This document shows positions 53,656 through 63,482 of a DNA stretch of 64,000 nt, one piece after another. The notes beneath the pieces were generated by a model. It was not told where the DNA came from. It did not search any database and was given only the letters and a program-made list of their open reading frames with translations. The translations under genes and the position numbers were made by a program. Source of the DNA: an uncultured Gemmatimonadales bacterium (GTDB lineage Bacteria; Gemmatimonadota; Gemmatimonadetes; Gemmatimonadales; GWC2-71-9); contig CAWJIM010000016.1 in NCBI GenBank assembly GCA_963842945.1, positions 96,001-160,000 on the forward strand, in the 5' to 3' direction. The first letter of the stretch is position 1. Each line of letters starts with the position of its first letter.

Positions 53656-55105
53656 AGTAATCGCCAACCGTGATCCCATAGCGCGATGGATTAGTGACTT
53701 TGATGATCGATCGCCGATAAGCCCCGCTCTGATCCTTCTCGCTCAAATCAACCCCGAGCCCGGGCGCTGGAACCGGTCCGCCGTCGGCATCCACCGCAAT
53801 CCGCACCAGGGGCCGCTTGAGCTGTTCGCCATCAGGATTTGGAGCGGACACGACGGCCACCTCGAAGCTGTCGAGAATGACGCAGGTGCCAACCGGGTAG
53901 ACGCCGATCAGATTGATCAACGCCTTCACCAGAACCCGGTCGTAGCCCCGGTTTGGGTTCTCCCACATTTCCCGGAGCACCTGGTCAGGCTCGATCGGCA
54001 CGGTCTGGTACACCCGGCGCGTGGTGGCGGCATCGAAGCCGTCGGCCACGGCGACGATGCGCGAGAAAATGCCGAGGGTCCGAGGCCGGACGACCTTGGG
54101 GTAGCCGGTCAGGTCCGATTTCATATGGTGCTCGTGGGCCACCAGGATCGACCGGTACGGGATCTCCTCGTACCCGCGCATGCTGAAGAGGGTCAGAGCG
54201 CCATACCATGGGTGCGACTGGATCACCTTCCACTCGTGCTCGTCGAGCTTTCCAGCCTTGTTCAAAATTTCCGGCGGGATCCTCGCTTTGCCCACATCAT
54301 GCAGCAGGGCGGCCATGCCCAGATCGCAGAGCTGGGGTTTGGAGAGTCCCAGCTTCTTGCCCAGTGCGACCGAGAAGATGCAGACATTGACGGAGTGGGT
54401 GAAGGTGTATTCGTCGTAATCGCGAATGGTGGTCAGGCCCACCATCGAGATCTCGTTGTTGAGCACCTGGTCCACCACCATCTGGACGGCGCGCTTTACC
54501 CGTTTGAGGCCGGTGGCGCGGCCCAGGCGTACCCCGGCGATCACATCCTTGGTCACCGCCACGCCCTGGGCGTACACCTGCTTCGAGGCCTGCCGGGCTT
54601 CGGCCGAGCTGCTGCCCTCCGTGGGCAGACCGCGCTCGATCTCCAGGTCGGCGACCTTGGCGGTATCGAGCCTTTCGTGCAGTTCCTTGAGCCGTTCTTC
54701 CGCCGAGCCCCGTCCCGCCAGGCTGAGCAGGAGGCTGAGGAAGATCTGCCACTGCCGGCGGTCGGTGCCGGTCTTCACTCGAAGAGCCCCGATCTCGTAT
54801 CCCCGAAAGATCGCGAGGATGTGGCTGAACGAGGCGTAATTGTCGAGCTCGAGCCGGAGGCGGGTAGAGTTTACGAAGATGAAATCTCCGGCCAGCCGGA
54901 TCTCCAGTTCGATCTCACTCTTGAGCAACGCCCGCGTGGTGTTGTCCAGGTCGCTGAGCGACTTCTGGACGGTAGCGTTCTCCAGGGGATACAGCTTGAG
55001 GCTGCGAAGCGCGGTGTACAGCGCGAGCAGCAGTGAGCGGCCGCCCTGACGAAGCTGTCCGTCATCGCCGGGAGCGCCGGTAGCCAGCTCGATCGGGCTG
55101 CTCAC
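53648..55105 (-). CDS. HD-GYP domain cyclic-dinucleotide phosphodiesterase
   Basis: YDEYTFTHSVNV, LLHDVGK, HEHH..GYP, RIVAVADGFDA. Confidence 0.9.
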   Translation of the reverse strand: MSSPIELATGAPGDDGQLRQGGRSLLLALYTALRSLKLYPLENATVQKSLSDLDNTTRALLKSEIELEIRLAGDFIFVNSTRLRLELDNYASFSHILAIFRGYEIGALRVKTGTDRRQWQIFLSLLLSLAGRGSAEERLKELHERLDTAKVADLEIERGLPTEGSSSAEARQASKQVYAQGVAVTKDVIAGVRLGRATGLKRVKRAVQMVVDQVLNNEISMVGLTTIRDYDEYTFTHSVNVCIFSVALGKKLGLSKPQLCDLGMAALLHDVGKARIPPEILNKAGKLDEHEWKVIQSHPWYGALTLFSMRGYEEIPYRSILVAHEHHMKSDLTGYPKVVRPRTLGIFSRIVAVADGFDAATTRRVYQTVPIEPDQVLREMWENPNRGYDRVLVKALINLIGVYPVGTCVILDSFEVAVVSAPNPDGEQLKRPLVRIAVDADGGPVPAPGLGVDLSEKDQSGAYRRSIIKVTNPSRYGITVGDYFV

Positions 55106-56796
55106 CGGGCGGCCTCACGCAGCGCGCGGCTGACGGCGTTCCGAACCACCAGCTCCTTGTCGTCCTGGGCCCGCTGCAGCACCTCCCGGGCTTCGGGAGT
55201 CTTCAGTCGCCCCAGCGCCATTGCGGCGCATGCGCGGATCTCCGGAGGTTCCTTCATCCGCAGCAAGCCACGCTCAAGCAGAAGCGCGCCGAGCGGCTTC
55301 AGCGCATTGGCTCCGGCAATGGAACCATAGGCTTCGAAGAAGGCCATCTTCTCGGTCAGGTCCACGTCCTTGAGCGCTTTGCCCAGGACGACGGCTTCGA
55401 TTCGCCGGAGGGCGCCCTTATAGCCGCGAGAACCGGCAGACCGTACGGCAGCGAGCCGGACGTTTCGATCGCTGTCCTCGATGGCTCTGTCCACCACCGT
55501 CATTGCGCCGGGGGTACCGAGCAGGCCCAGCGTTTGGACCACGGCAAGGCGGATGGCGGGATCGGGATGATTGATGGTCTCTCCCAGCCCCTGAACGGCC
55601 TGATGCAGACCCAAGCGGCCACACAGGGTGACCATTCCGAGCAAGGACGGGGAGTCGGGCAGCTTGAGAATTCGCTGGACCTCCGCCGGATAGGCATGCG
55701 CCAGCCGATCGACGACCTCCTCCAGCATCTTTCGCAGCGGTTCGGAGGTGAGATTGGGCAACCAGCCCACCAACGGCTCCAGCGCAGTTGCCCGAAGCTC
55801 GCGCAACACTTCGGCGGCATAGGTTTCCACGCCAAGATGGCTCGCCTCGTCGAGGGACTGCAGCAGCTGTCCCACGATAGCGGGCTCGCTCAACTTGAGG
55901 ACAAAAACCTCGAGCCGTTCGGTAAGCTCCGGCTGCAGTTGTGCCGCTTTTTCTCGCAGCACCTTGGATTCGCGGAGCACCGCGGCGGCGCTCCGGAAGT
56001 CGCGGGCGTTGAGAAGATTGGGGAACAGCCGCTCCAGAGCCCGGAGAATCTCCTGCCGGACGTTCAGGTCCGGATTGATCTCGAACAGGTCGAACAAAAT
56101 GTTGAACGCGCTGCCTCGAACGTCTCGCTGATATTCCTCCTCCAGCTCCCGAGCCAGGTAGCCGATCTCGGCTTCATCCAGGAAGTAGAGAGTGGAGTCA
56201 ACATCATCGATATCAATCAGACTCTTGGCTCGAGCGGGTGCTTCCTCCGCGACTTGCGCCTTTCGGTCAGCGGGAGTCTGCCCTTGGCCTAGCGGCTGAC
56301 CCGTGGCTTGCGGCATGGCCGTGCCGCCACCCTCGCCGGTGAAGAAATCGATGAAGCGATACTCGATGAATTCGAATTCCTGTTCCCACAGGAGGGTCGG
56401 CAAATCGTCGCCGGCATCGGGTGGCAGAAAGCGCGCCCGGTTGATCGTGGCCAGAAGGAGCGGCAGCTCTTTCCCCTCGGCTCCGCGGCGGATGGTCACG
56501 GCACGCATGCCGTCCTTGAACAGACTCCAGCTCAGACTCTCGTTCTTGTTGTTCTGCCGGTAGACGACCTGTTCTTCCCAGGTGAACTCAGACTCCGAGA
56601 TGTTCAGCACCAGCTCGTCGGTCCCCGACCAGATCGGAGCACAAGCTGCCTGGACGTTCTGAACGGCCCGCTGATGAATCGGGTTGTTGGGCAGGTAGAT
56701 CTGGAACGCCCGAAGCGCCTTGACCATCGCCGCGACCAGCTCGACCACCTGAGCTGTGGGAACAGCCGTGGGCTGGACCTCGGGCTGGGCCGTCAC
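55102..56796 (-). CDS. HEAT-repeat protein
   Basis: C-terminal HEAT units ([39 protein letters not shown]); N-terminal YLPNNP motif parallels the HD-GYP N-terminus (YPLENA). Confidence 0.8.
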   Translation of the reverse strand: MTAQPEVQPTAVPTAQVVELVAAMVKALRAFQIYLPNNPIHQRAVQNVQAACAPIWSGTDELVLNISESEFTWEEQVVYRQNNKNESLSWSLFKDGMRAVTIRRGAEGKELPLLLATINRARFLPPDAGDDLPTLLWEQEFEFIEYRFIDFFTGEGGGTAMPQATGQPLGQGQTPADRKAQVAEEAPARAKSLIDIDDVDSTLYFLDEAEIGYLARELEEEYQRDVRGSAFNILFDLFEINPDLNVRQEILRALERLFPNLLNARDFRSAAAVLRESKVLREKAAQLQPELTERLEVFVLKLSEPAIVGQLLQSLDEASHLGVETYAAEVLRELRATALEPLVGWLPNLTSEPLRKMLEEVVDRLAHAYPAEVQRILKLPDSPSLLGMVTLCGRLGLHQAVQGLGETINHPDPAIRLAVVQTLGLLGTPGAMTVVDRAIEDSDRNVRLAAVRSAGSRGYKGALRRIEAVVLGKALKDVDLTEKMAFFEAYGSIAGANALKPLGALLLERGLLRMKEPPEIRACAAMALGRLKTPEAREVLQRAQDDKELVVRNAVSRALREAAR

Positions 56797-57994
56797 AGCC
56801 GGATGCCCAGAGTAGCTGCGACGTGAGCCACATCTTTGTCGCCCCGGCCGCTCAGGCAGACCAGGACGAGGGCCTCTGCCGGAAAAGTTCCTGCCGCCCG
56901 GCGAATCCAGGCCAGGGCATGCGCAGTCTCGAGCGCGGGGATGATACCCTCCAGCCGACAGAGGTCCTGAAATGCGGTGAGGGCCTCGGCATCGGTGGCG
57001 GTCTCATAGCTCACCCGCCCCGTATCGCGCAGGTAGCTGTGCTCAGGGCCAACCCCCGGGTAATCCAAACCAGCCGAGATCGAATGGGCGGGTGTGACCT
57101 GTCCGTCGGCGTCCTGCAGCAGATAGCTCAGACTTCCATGCAACACGCCCGGGCTTCCCGGCGCTCAGGGTCGCACTGTGATGGCCCGAGCCGAGACCCT
57201 CGCCCGCCGCCTCGACCCCTACGAGCCGCACATCTGGATCATCGAGAAACCCGCTGAAGATGCCCATGGCATTGGAGCCGCCCCCAACGCAGGCAACCAC
57301 CGTGTGCGGCAGCCCGTGAAAGCGGGCGAGCATCTGCTCCCGTGCCTCCTGCCCAATCACAGACTGGAAGTCGCGGACCATCCGGGGAAAGGGATCGGGC
57401 CCAACCACCGACCCGATGATGTAATGCGTGCTCGGCACGTTGGTGACCCAGTCGCGCAGCGCTTCGTTGGTTGCGTCTTTCAGGGTCCGGGTGCCGGATT
57501 CCGACCGGGACCACTGTGGCCCCGAGCAGCTGCATCCGGTACACGTTCAGGCGTTGGCGCTCGACGTCCTCGGCGCCCATGTAGACGACGCATTCCAGGT
57601 CGAAGTGGGCGCACACCGTGGCCGTGGCAACGCCATGCTGTCCTGCGCCGGTTTCCGCAATGATGCGCCGCTTGCCCATCCGTCTGGCCAGCAGGGCCTG
57701 TCCTATGGTGTTGTTGATCTTGTGGGCCCCCGTGTGATTCAAGTCCTCCCGTTTGAGGACGACGCGAGCACCGACACTGCGGCTGAACCGGGGGGCCTCG
57801 GTCAAAGGCGAAGGGCGGCCGACAAAATCGTGAAGCAGGCTCTCCAGTTCGCTCCAAAATGCCGGGTCGGAGCGGGCGCTGTCATAGACTGCCGACAACT
57901 CATCGAGCGCAGCGACGAGGGTCTCGGGTACGTAGCGGCCACCATAGGGGCCAAATCGGCCTGAGATCTCAGGTGATCGGGCTATGAGCAACAA
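56793..57994 (-). CDS. trpB: tryptophan synthase beta chain (frameshifts ~57500, ~57430, ~57150)
   Basis: [69 protein letters not shown]. Confidence 0.96.
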
Positions 57995-58613
57995 CAGCCT
58001 CCACGAAATTCAGAATCTTGTCGGGGTCCTTCTTGCCGGGGCGGCACTCCACTCCGGAGCTCACGTCCACGATCTCAGGGCGGACCAGGGCTAGAGCCTC
58101 GGAGACGGATTCGGGGGTAAGTCCTCCGGCCAGCACCATGGCATGGCCGCTCAGCCGATCTCGAGCTTGCCGGGCAATTGCCAGATCGAGGGAGATTCCC
58201 GTCCCACCCAAGGCTCGGGAGACCCGCGGCTCAACCAGTACTGCGTCGGAATCGGGGATGGCGGCGGCCACAAGATCCAGATGCGCCGGCGCCGCGATTC
58301 GCACGACCCGCCAAACCTCGAGTCCTTCGCTCCGGAGCCGGTGTGCGTCAGGCTGAGAATAGGAGCCATGCAGCTGAGCGCCGCTAAGGTCCGCGTACGC
58401 ACAGATCTGGAGAATTTCCTCGACCGGCTCTTCGCCAAAGACACCGATGACCGGCACGCCAGCCGCTGCGGCAACCAACTCGCGGGCTTGGCTGCGGGTG
58501 ACAGTTCTCTCCCCCGCAGCAAAAACAGCGCCCAGATATGACGCGCCGGCTCGAGCCGCCGTGGCCGCATCCTCTGCTCGCATCAGCCCACAGATCTTGA
58601 CCTTAGCGGTCAT
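57969..58613 (-). CDS. trpF: phosphoribosylanthranilate isomerase
   Basis: [35 protein letters not shown]. Confidence 0.94.
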   Translation of the reverse strand: MTAKVKICGLMRAEDAATAARAGASYLGAVFAAGERTVTRSQARELVAAAAGVPVIGVFGEEPVEEILQICAYADLSGAQLHGSYSQPDAHRLRSEGLEVWRVVRIAAPAHLDLVAAAIPDSDAVLVEPRVSRALGGTGISLDLAIARQARDRLSGHAMVLAGGLTPESVSEALALVRPEIVDVSSGVECRPGKKDPDKILNFVEAVVAHSPIT

Positions 58614-59394
58614 GTCGCCTGACCTCTGACAGCTCGCGCAGGAGTTGGTCCGGGGCTTGGCTTTCAGAGAGCGCAGTCCCCACTAGGACCGCGTCAGCCC
58701 CGGCCGTCGCAGCGCGGGTCACGTCGGTCCGATGGGCAATGCCACTCTCCGCCACGGCAATCGGCTCCCTGGGCACCTGCGCCATGAGCGCCCAGGCAGC
58801 CTCCAGATCGATCCTGAAGGTATCCAGATCTCTGCTGTTGATCCCCACGATCTGGGCCTCACTTTCCAGAGCGATCTCCAGCTCGGACCGGGTATGCACC
58901 TCGACCAGAGCATCGAGCCCGAGCTCCCCGCAGTATCGAAGGAGCGATCTCAGCCGCGCCCTATCCAGGACCCTCACGATCAAGAGAACGGCCGACGCAC
59001 CCGCCGCTCTGGCTTCGAGCACCTGGACCTCATCCAGGATGAAGTCCTTGCGCAGGATCGGCAAAGAACAGTTATCGGCGGCGGTACGCAGATCCTCCAT
59101 CGAACCCCCGAAAAATGGGCCGTCGGTGAGGACGGAGATGGCTGCGGCACCATGCTGGCCGTAGAGCGCCGCCCGATGAGCAGGATCCAGATCTTCCCGG
59201 ATGCTCCCCGCCGACGGCGATCGGCGCTTCAACTCGGCAATGACGGCCACAGTGGGACGCCGGAGGGCTGAGCGAAACGAAGGAGGGGCTGCCCCAGCCC
59301 GCTCCAAGTCCCGTTCCAGAGCGCCTCTCCGCCTCTGTAAGGCGGGAAGGCTTTGGCGGGTTGCATTGACGATCTCGTCCAGGCGTCCGGCCAT
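58603..59394 (-). CDS. trpC: indole-3-glycerol phosphate synthase
   Basis: IAELKRRSPSAG, ISVLTD, LRKDFI, LVEVH, GINSRDL, AESGI. Confidence 0.96.
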   Translation of the reverse strand: MAGRLDEIVNATRQSLPALQRRRGALERDLERAGAAPPSFRSALRRPTVAVIAELKRRSPSAGSIREDLDPAHRAALYGQHGAAAISVLTDGPFFGGSMEDLRTAADNCSLPILRKDFILDEVQVLEARAAGASAVLLIVRVLDRARLRSLLRYCGELGLDALVEVHTRSELEIALESEAQIVGINSRDLDTFRIDLEAAWALMAQVPREPIAVAESGIAHRTDVTRAATAGADAVLVGTALSESQAPDQLLRELSEVRRHDR

Positions 59395-59395
59395 C

Positions 59396-59442
59396 TTGTC
59401 CTTCGGCGGGTATTCGGGTAGGTTTTTTCGGGCTCTATTCGG
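59396..59442 (+). promoter_or_regulatory. lexA promoter (TTGTCC-N17-TAGGTT) with two TTCGG-N4-TATTCGG direct-repeat boxes
   Basis: TTCGG at 59402, 59413, 59427 and 59438, i.e. two 11-bp-period pairs. Confidence 0.6.
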
Positions 59443-59481
59443 TCAACCTGTCTGTCGCAATCACCTCATGGAGGAGTCCTG

Positions 59482-60091
59482 ATGCCGCTGACCAAGCGCC
59501 AGAGTGAAATCCTCAGCTATCTGCAGACCCACATCAACGGGCAGGGATACGCGCCAAGCTTCGAGGAAATCGCTGAGAAATTCGGCTTTCAGTCGCTGGC
59601 CACCGTACACGAGCACCTCACGAACCTGGAGCGGAAGGGGTACATCCGGCGCTCCTACAATGAGAGCCGGTCGATTGAAGTGCTCCCTCCCCGGGGTACC
59701 TCCTCCGCCAGCGAAATCCCCCTCCTGGGAAAGGTTGCCGCCGGCACTCCGATCGAATCGCTCATGCAGGAGGAGAGCATTGCCGTGCCCGGAGCACATG
59801 CTGCCGCGGCGCGGGCCGAACTACGCGCTCAAGGTCGAGGGCTCCTCGATGGTCGACGACCACATCGTCGATGGTGACATCGTCGTGGTCCACGGCAAGC
59901 AAACCGCCGAGAACGGCGAAATGGTCATCGCTCTGGTCAATGGCAGCGAAGCCACCGTCAAGAAGTTCTACCGTGAGCCGGGTGGATGGATCCGGCTTCA
60001 GCCGGCCAACGCCACCATGCAGCCGATGAGGTTTCAGGAGCGGGACGTGCTCATCCAAGGCGTAGTGGTCGGCGTCATCCGCAAGTATTAG
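59482..60091 (+). CDS. lexA: SOS repressor LexA (frameshift ~59790)
   Basis: LTKRQ..GYAPSFEEI..SLATVHEHLTNLERKGYI, GKVAAG cleavage site, VEGSSM, EATVKK. Confidence 0.95.
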
Positions 60092-60095
60092 GGGC

Positions 60096-61178
60096 CTATG
60101 CCTGAGCCAGGGGCTTTGGTGCCGCCGCCCGCAAGCGCTGGAGCGCCGAAGCCGCGGCACCGCTGTCCAGCGCGGCCCGGGCACGCTCTACCGATTCTTC
60201 CAGCGACCAGCCGTTGCCCGAGACGTAGAGCGCCGCGGCCGCGTTCAGCACCGCCGCGCAGAGCCGAGCCCCGCTTTCCTCTCCAGCCAGGAGACGGGTG
60301 ATCAGGTCGGCGTTTTGTTGCGGGTCACCCCCTGCCAAACCATCCAGGTCATTGCACTCCAATCCCAGGCTGGCGGGATTCAGCTCCCAGGTTCGGGTGC
60401 TCCCCTCCACCACCTCCCACACGTAGGTGCATCCGGAGGGACTGATCTCGTCCATCCCCACGGCGGCATGCAGCACCAGCGCGTGCCTGGCGCCGAGCTC
60501 CGCCAGCGCCTCCGCTAAGACTGGCGCACGGGAGCCATCCGAGACGCCCACCACCTGACGAGTTACGCCGGCCGGGTTAGCCAGTGGGCCGAGAAGATTC
60601 ATGATCGTGGGGACTCCGAGCTCTTTGCGCACCGGCGCGAGATGACGCATGGCCGGGTGGTAGCTCGGCGCGTACATGAATACCACACCGCTGGAGCGAA
60701 GCACCCGCCCCACCTCCCGAGGATCCATTACGATGTCGATGCCCAACGCCTCCAGAACATCCGCGGATCCACACCGGGAGGTGTAGCTCCGGTTGCCGTG
60801 TTTGGCGACGGGAATGCCGGCCCCAGCGACGATAAAAGCGGCAGCGGTTGAGATGTTGAACGTGCCGATCCGGCCTCCACCAGTTCCGCAGGTATCCACC
60901 AAAACATCCCGCTCACCCAGGTCGGCCTGAAGCATGGCCCGTCTTAAAGCCTCAGCTGCTCCGGCCACCTCCTGGGGTGTCTCGCCTTTGATCCTTAGTC
61001 CAATGAGCAACGCGGCCGCCTGGGCGGGGGCAAACCGGCCTTCCATCAGCGCGTCGAAGGCGGCCCCCGCCTCCTCCCGTTCCAGAGAGAGCCGCTGGGA
61101 CAGCTTCTGCACAGCAGACCGGAGGGCGGAGTCGTCTGTCACCGGTGTGACCTGTGGGGCCGGGTTGGGGTAGCTCAC
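60096..61178 (-). CDS. trpD: anthranilate phosphoribosyltransferase (start uncertain)
   Basis: KGET, DTCGTGG, FNIST, AKHGNRS..GSADVLEALG, NLLGPLANP, GMDEIS. Confidence 0.95.
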   Translation of the reverse strand: MSYPNPAPQVTPVTDDSALRSAVQKLSQRLSLEREEAGAAFDALMEGRFAPAQAAALLIGLRIKGETPQEVAGAAEALRRAMLQADLGERDVLVDTCGTGGGRIGTFNISTAAAFIVAGAGIPVAKHGNRSYTSRCGSADVLEALGIDIVMDPREVGRVLRSSGVVFMYAPSYHPAMRHLAPVRKELGVPTIMNLLGPLANPAGVTRQVVGVSDGSRAPVLAEALAELGARHALVLHAAVGMDEISPSGCTYVWEVVEGSTRTWELNPASLGLECNDLDGLAGGDPQQNADLITRLLAGEESGARLCAAVLNAAAALYVSGNGWSLEESVERARAALDSGAAASALQRLRAAAPKPLAQA

Positions 61179-61285
61179 GGGGAGAGGCGAAGGAGGGAAA
61201 GTGTATCCGCCGAAGAGGCCTTTTGTCAATTCTGACAAGCAGTTGCAGCCTTGCTCCGAGTTTGGGGCTCGGCTAAATTCCGGCG

Positions 61286-62086
61286 GTGAGCCGGACCTTC
61301 CTCGCCACGCTTCACTACGACGGCACCGGCTTTGTCGGATGGCAACGTCAGCCGGCCGGCCGTTCGGTTCAAGCTGAATTCGAGCGGGTCCTCGAACGCA
61401 TCTTCGGCCGTCACGTGGCAGCCCATGCCGCCGGTCGCACCGATGCCGGTGTGCACTCGGTGGGTCAGGGTGTCAGCTTTACCGCTCCGGCCGGCTGGAC
61501 CGAAGAATCCCTTCATCGCGCGCTGAACGCCTTGCTTCCCGGTGACTGCTGGGCCGCATCCGTTCATCCCATGCTCTCAGGATTCCACGCCAGAAAGTCG
61601 GCCCTTTCCCGGCGCTACCGCTACGACATCGGAACCGACGAGGCCTCGGCTTCACCGTTTCGCCGCCGATTCGAATGGGCGCTGAAGCGGTCGCTGGATT
61701 TTGCCCTGCTCCAGTCCTCTGCTGAGCGGCTCCGCGGCGAGCACGACTTCAAGGCCTTTGCTGCCAAGGGCGATAAGCCGCACCACCATTGCCGGCTGCT
61801 GCTCTCCTACTGGGAGCACCGGCCTGGTGAGCGGGGCGTGAGCTATCACGTGGAGGCAGACCGCTTCCTCCATCACATGGTCCGGATGCTGGTAGGCACC
61901 ATGGTCGATGTCGGATTGGGCCGGCGTCCGATTGACGACATAGACGCGCTGCTCGTGCGGCAGGATAACAGCGAGACCAGTCCTCCGGCTCCGCCGCAGG
62001 GGCTGTACTTCACCAGCGTGACGTATTTGCCGGAGTTGTTCCAGTCGTCAGTGGAGGCAACTCATGCCGCTGCGCCGGTCAGCTAG
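61286..62086 (+). CDS. truA: tRNA pseudouridine(38-40) synthase
   Basis: YDGTGFVGWQRQ, AGRTDAGVH, FHAR, HDFKAF, FLHHMVR, PPQGLY. Confidence 0.96.
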   Translation: MSRTFLATLHYDGTGFVGWQRQPAGRSVQAEFERVLERIFGRHVAAHAAGRTDAGVHSVGQGVSFTAPAGWTEESLHRALNALLPGDCWAASVHPMLSGFHARKSALSRRYRYDIGTDEASASPFRRRFEWALKRSLDFALLQSSAERLRGEHDFKAFAAKGDKPHHHCRLLLSYWEHRPGERGVSYHVEADRFLHHMVRMLVGTMVDVGLGRRPIDDIDALLVRQDNSETSPPAPPQGLYFTSVTYLPELFQSSVEATHAAAPVS

Positions 62087-63482
62087 CTTTTTGCTGGCGG
62101 CGGGGGTCGCCGGCATCGGCTGCCGTGATGCGCCAGAGCGCGAGCTCAGGGTGGCCACGGCAGGAGCCCAGACATCATCTCGAGTCGCGTCGACCCAAAA
62201 GTCCGTCGATGTCTCCCGCCGGACCGCGCTGGTCACGGCCGCAGATCGGGTCTCCCGGTCGGTCGTCTCGATCAACGTCTCGTCGCGCCAGCAAGTAACG
62301 CCCCGGTCGCCCTGGGATTTCTTTTTCGTGCCGGAGGGAGCTCGCGTCGTCCAGGGCTACGGGACCGGTTTCATCCTCCGGCCGAGCGGTATCATCGTCA
62401 CCAATCAACACGTCGTGGCCGGTGCCGAGCGGGTGGTGGTCACCCTGCCCGACGGCAGCGACCTGCCCGCCACCGTGCTGGGCGAAGACCCGGTCACCGA
62501 CATCGCGGTATTGCGGGTCAAGCGGGACGGACTGCCGACCGTGGTGGTAGGCCGCAGTACGGACCTGATGATCGGCGAATGGGTCGTCGCCCTGGGCAAT
62601 CCATATGCGTACCTCCTGGGCAACGCGGAGCCGACCGTCACCGTTGGGGTGGTGAGCGCCACCGGCCGCAACATTCTTCCGGGAGGCGACCAGACCGGAC
62701 TGTACCTGGACATGATTCAGACCGACGCCGCGATCAACCCGGGGAATTCGGGCGGACCGCTGACCAACGCGCTGGGTGAGGTCGTGGGAGTCAACTCCTC
62801 CATTTTCAGTAATAGCGGCGGCTCGGTCGGCCTGGGATTCGCCATACCGATCGAACGGGCGGTCCGGGTGGCCGATGAGATCATCAAGAGTGGCACGGTG
62901 CGGCGGGCCTGGGTCGGGCTCGAAGTCGAAGGAGCGAGTGCCATGCGTGAATGGAAGAGTCAGGGAGGCGTAGCGCTCGCCAGTGTAGCGCCTGGTGGGC
63001 CGGCCGCGCGTGCCGGCCTCCAACCAGGCGATGTTCTGGTCGAGGCCAACGGCCGGCGGCTACGGAACTACCTCGACTGGGAAGCAGTCAAGCTCGATCT
63101 CCACGTGGGCGACACGGTGTCGGTGGTCCAGCGGAGCGGGAGCAGCACGGCACGGCGCCGGATCGTTACCGGCGACCTCCCGACGGTCACTGCCGAAAAG
63201 ATCACGGTGCTCCAGGACCTGCAGCTGATCAACGTCACCCCGGCCATTCAGGCGGAGCGCGGTATCCGGAGCGAGCGTGGCGCCCTGATCTTTCGGATCT
63301 CGCCTCAGGTGGGTCGCGCGACCGGGCTGCAGGCAGGAGACGTAATCCTGGCGATCAATCGCTCACCGGTTCGCAATGCCGCGGATGTATCCGACCTGAT
63401 GAACGTGCGGCCGGGACAGGTGATTCGAATCTACGTCGAGCGCGAGGCGCAGGTCACCTTTACCGATCTGATCTTCCGATGA
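62064..63482 (+). CDS. HtrA/DegP-family serine protease with two PDZ domains
   Basis: GTGFI..VTNQHV, DIAVL, IQTDAAINPGNSGGPL, GFAIP, two PDZ-like regions. Confidence 0.94.
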   Translation: MPLRRSASFLLAAGVAGIGCRDAPERELRVATAGAQTSSRVASTQKSVDVSRRTALVTAADRVSRSVVSINVSSRQQVTPRSPWDFFFVPEGARVVQGYGTGFILRPSGIIVTNQHVVAGAERVVVTLPDGSDLPATVLGEDPVTDIAVLRVKRDGLPTVVVGRSTDLMIGEWVVALGNPYAYLLGNAEPTVTVGVVSATGRNILPGGDQTGLYLDMIQTDAAINPGNSGGPLTNALGEVVGVNSSIFSNSGGSVGLGFAIPIERAVRVADEIIKSGTVRRAWVGLEVEGASAMREWKSQGGVALASVAPGGPAARAGLQPGDVLVEANGRRLRNYLDWEAVKLDLHVGDTVSVVQRSGSSTARRRIVTGDLPTVTAEKITVLQDLQLINVTPAIQAERGIRSERGALIFRISPQVGRATGLQAGDVILAINRSPVRNAADVSDLMNVRPGQVIRIYVEREAQVTFTDLIFR

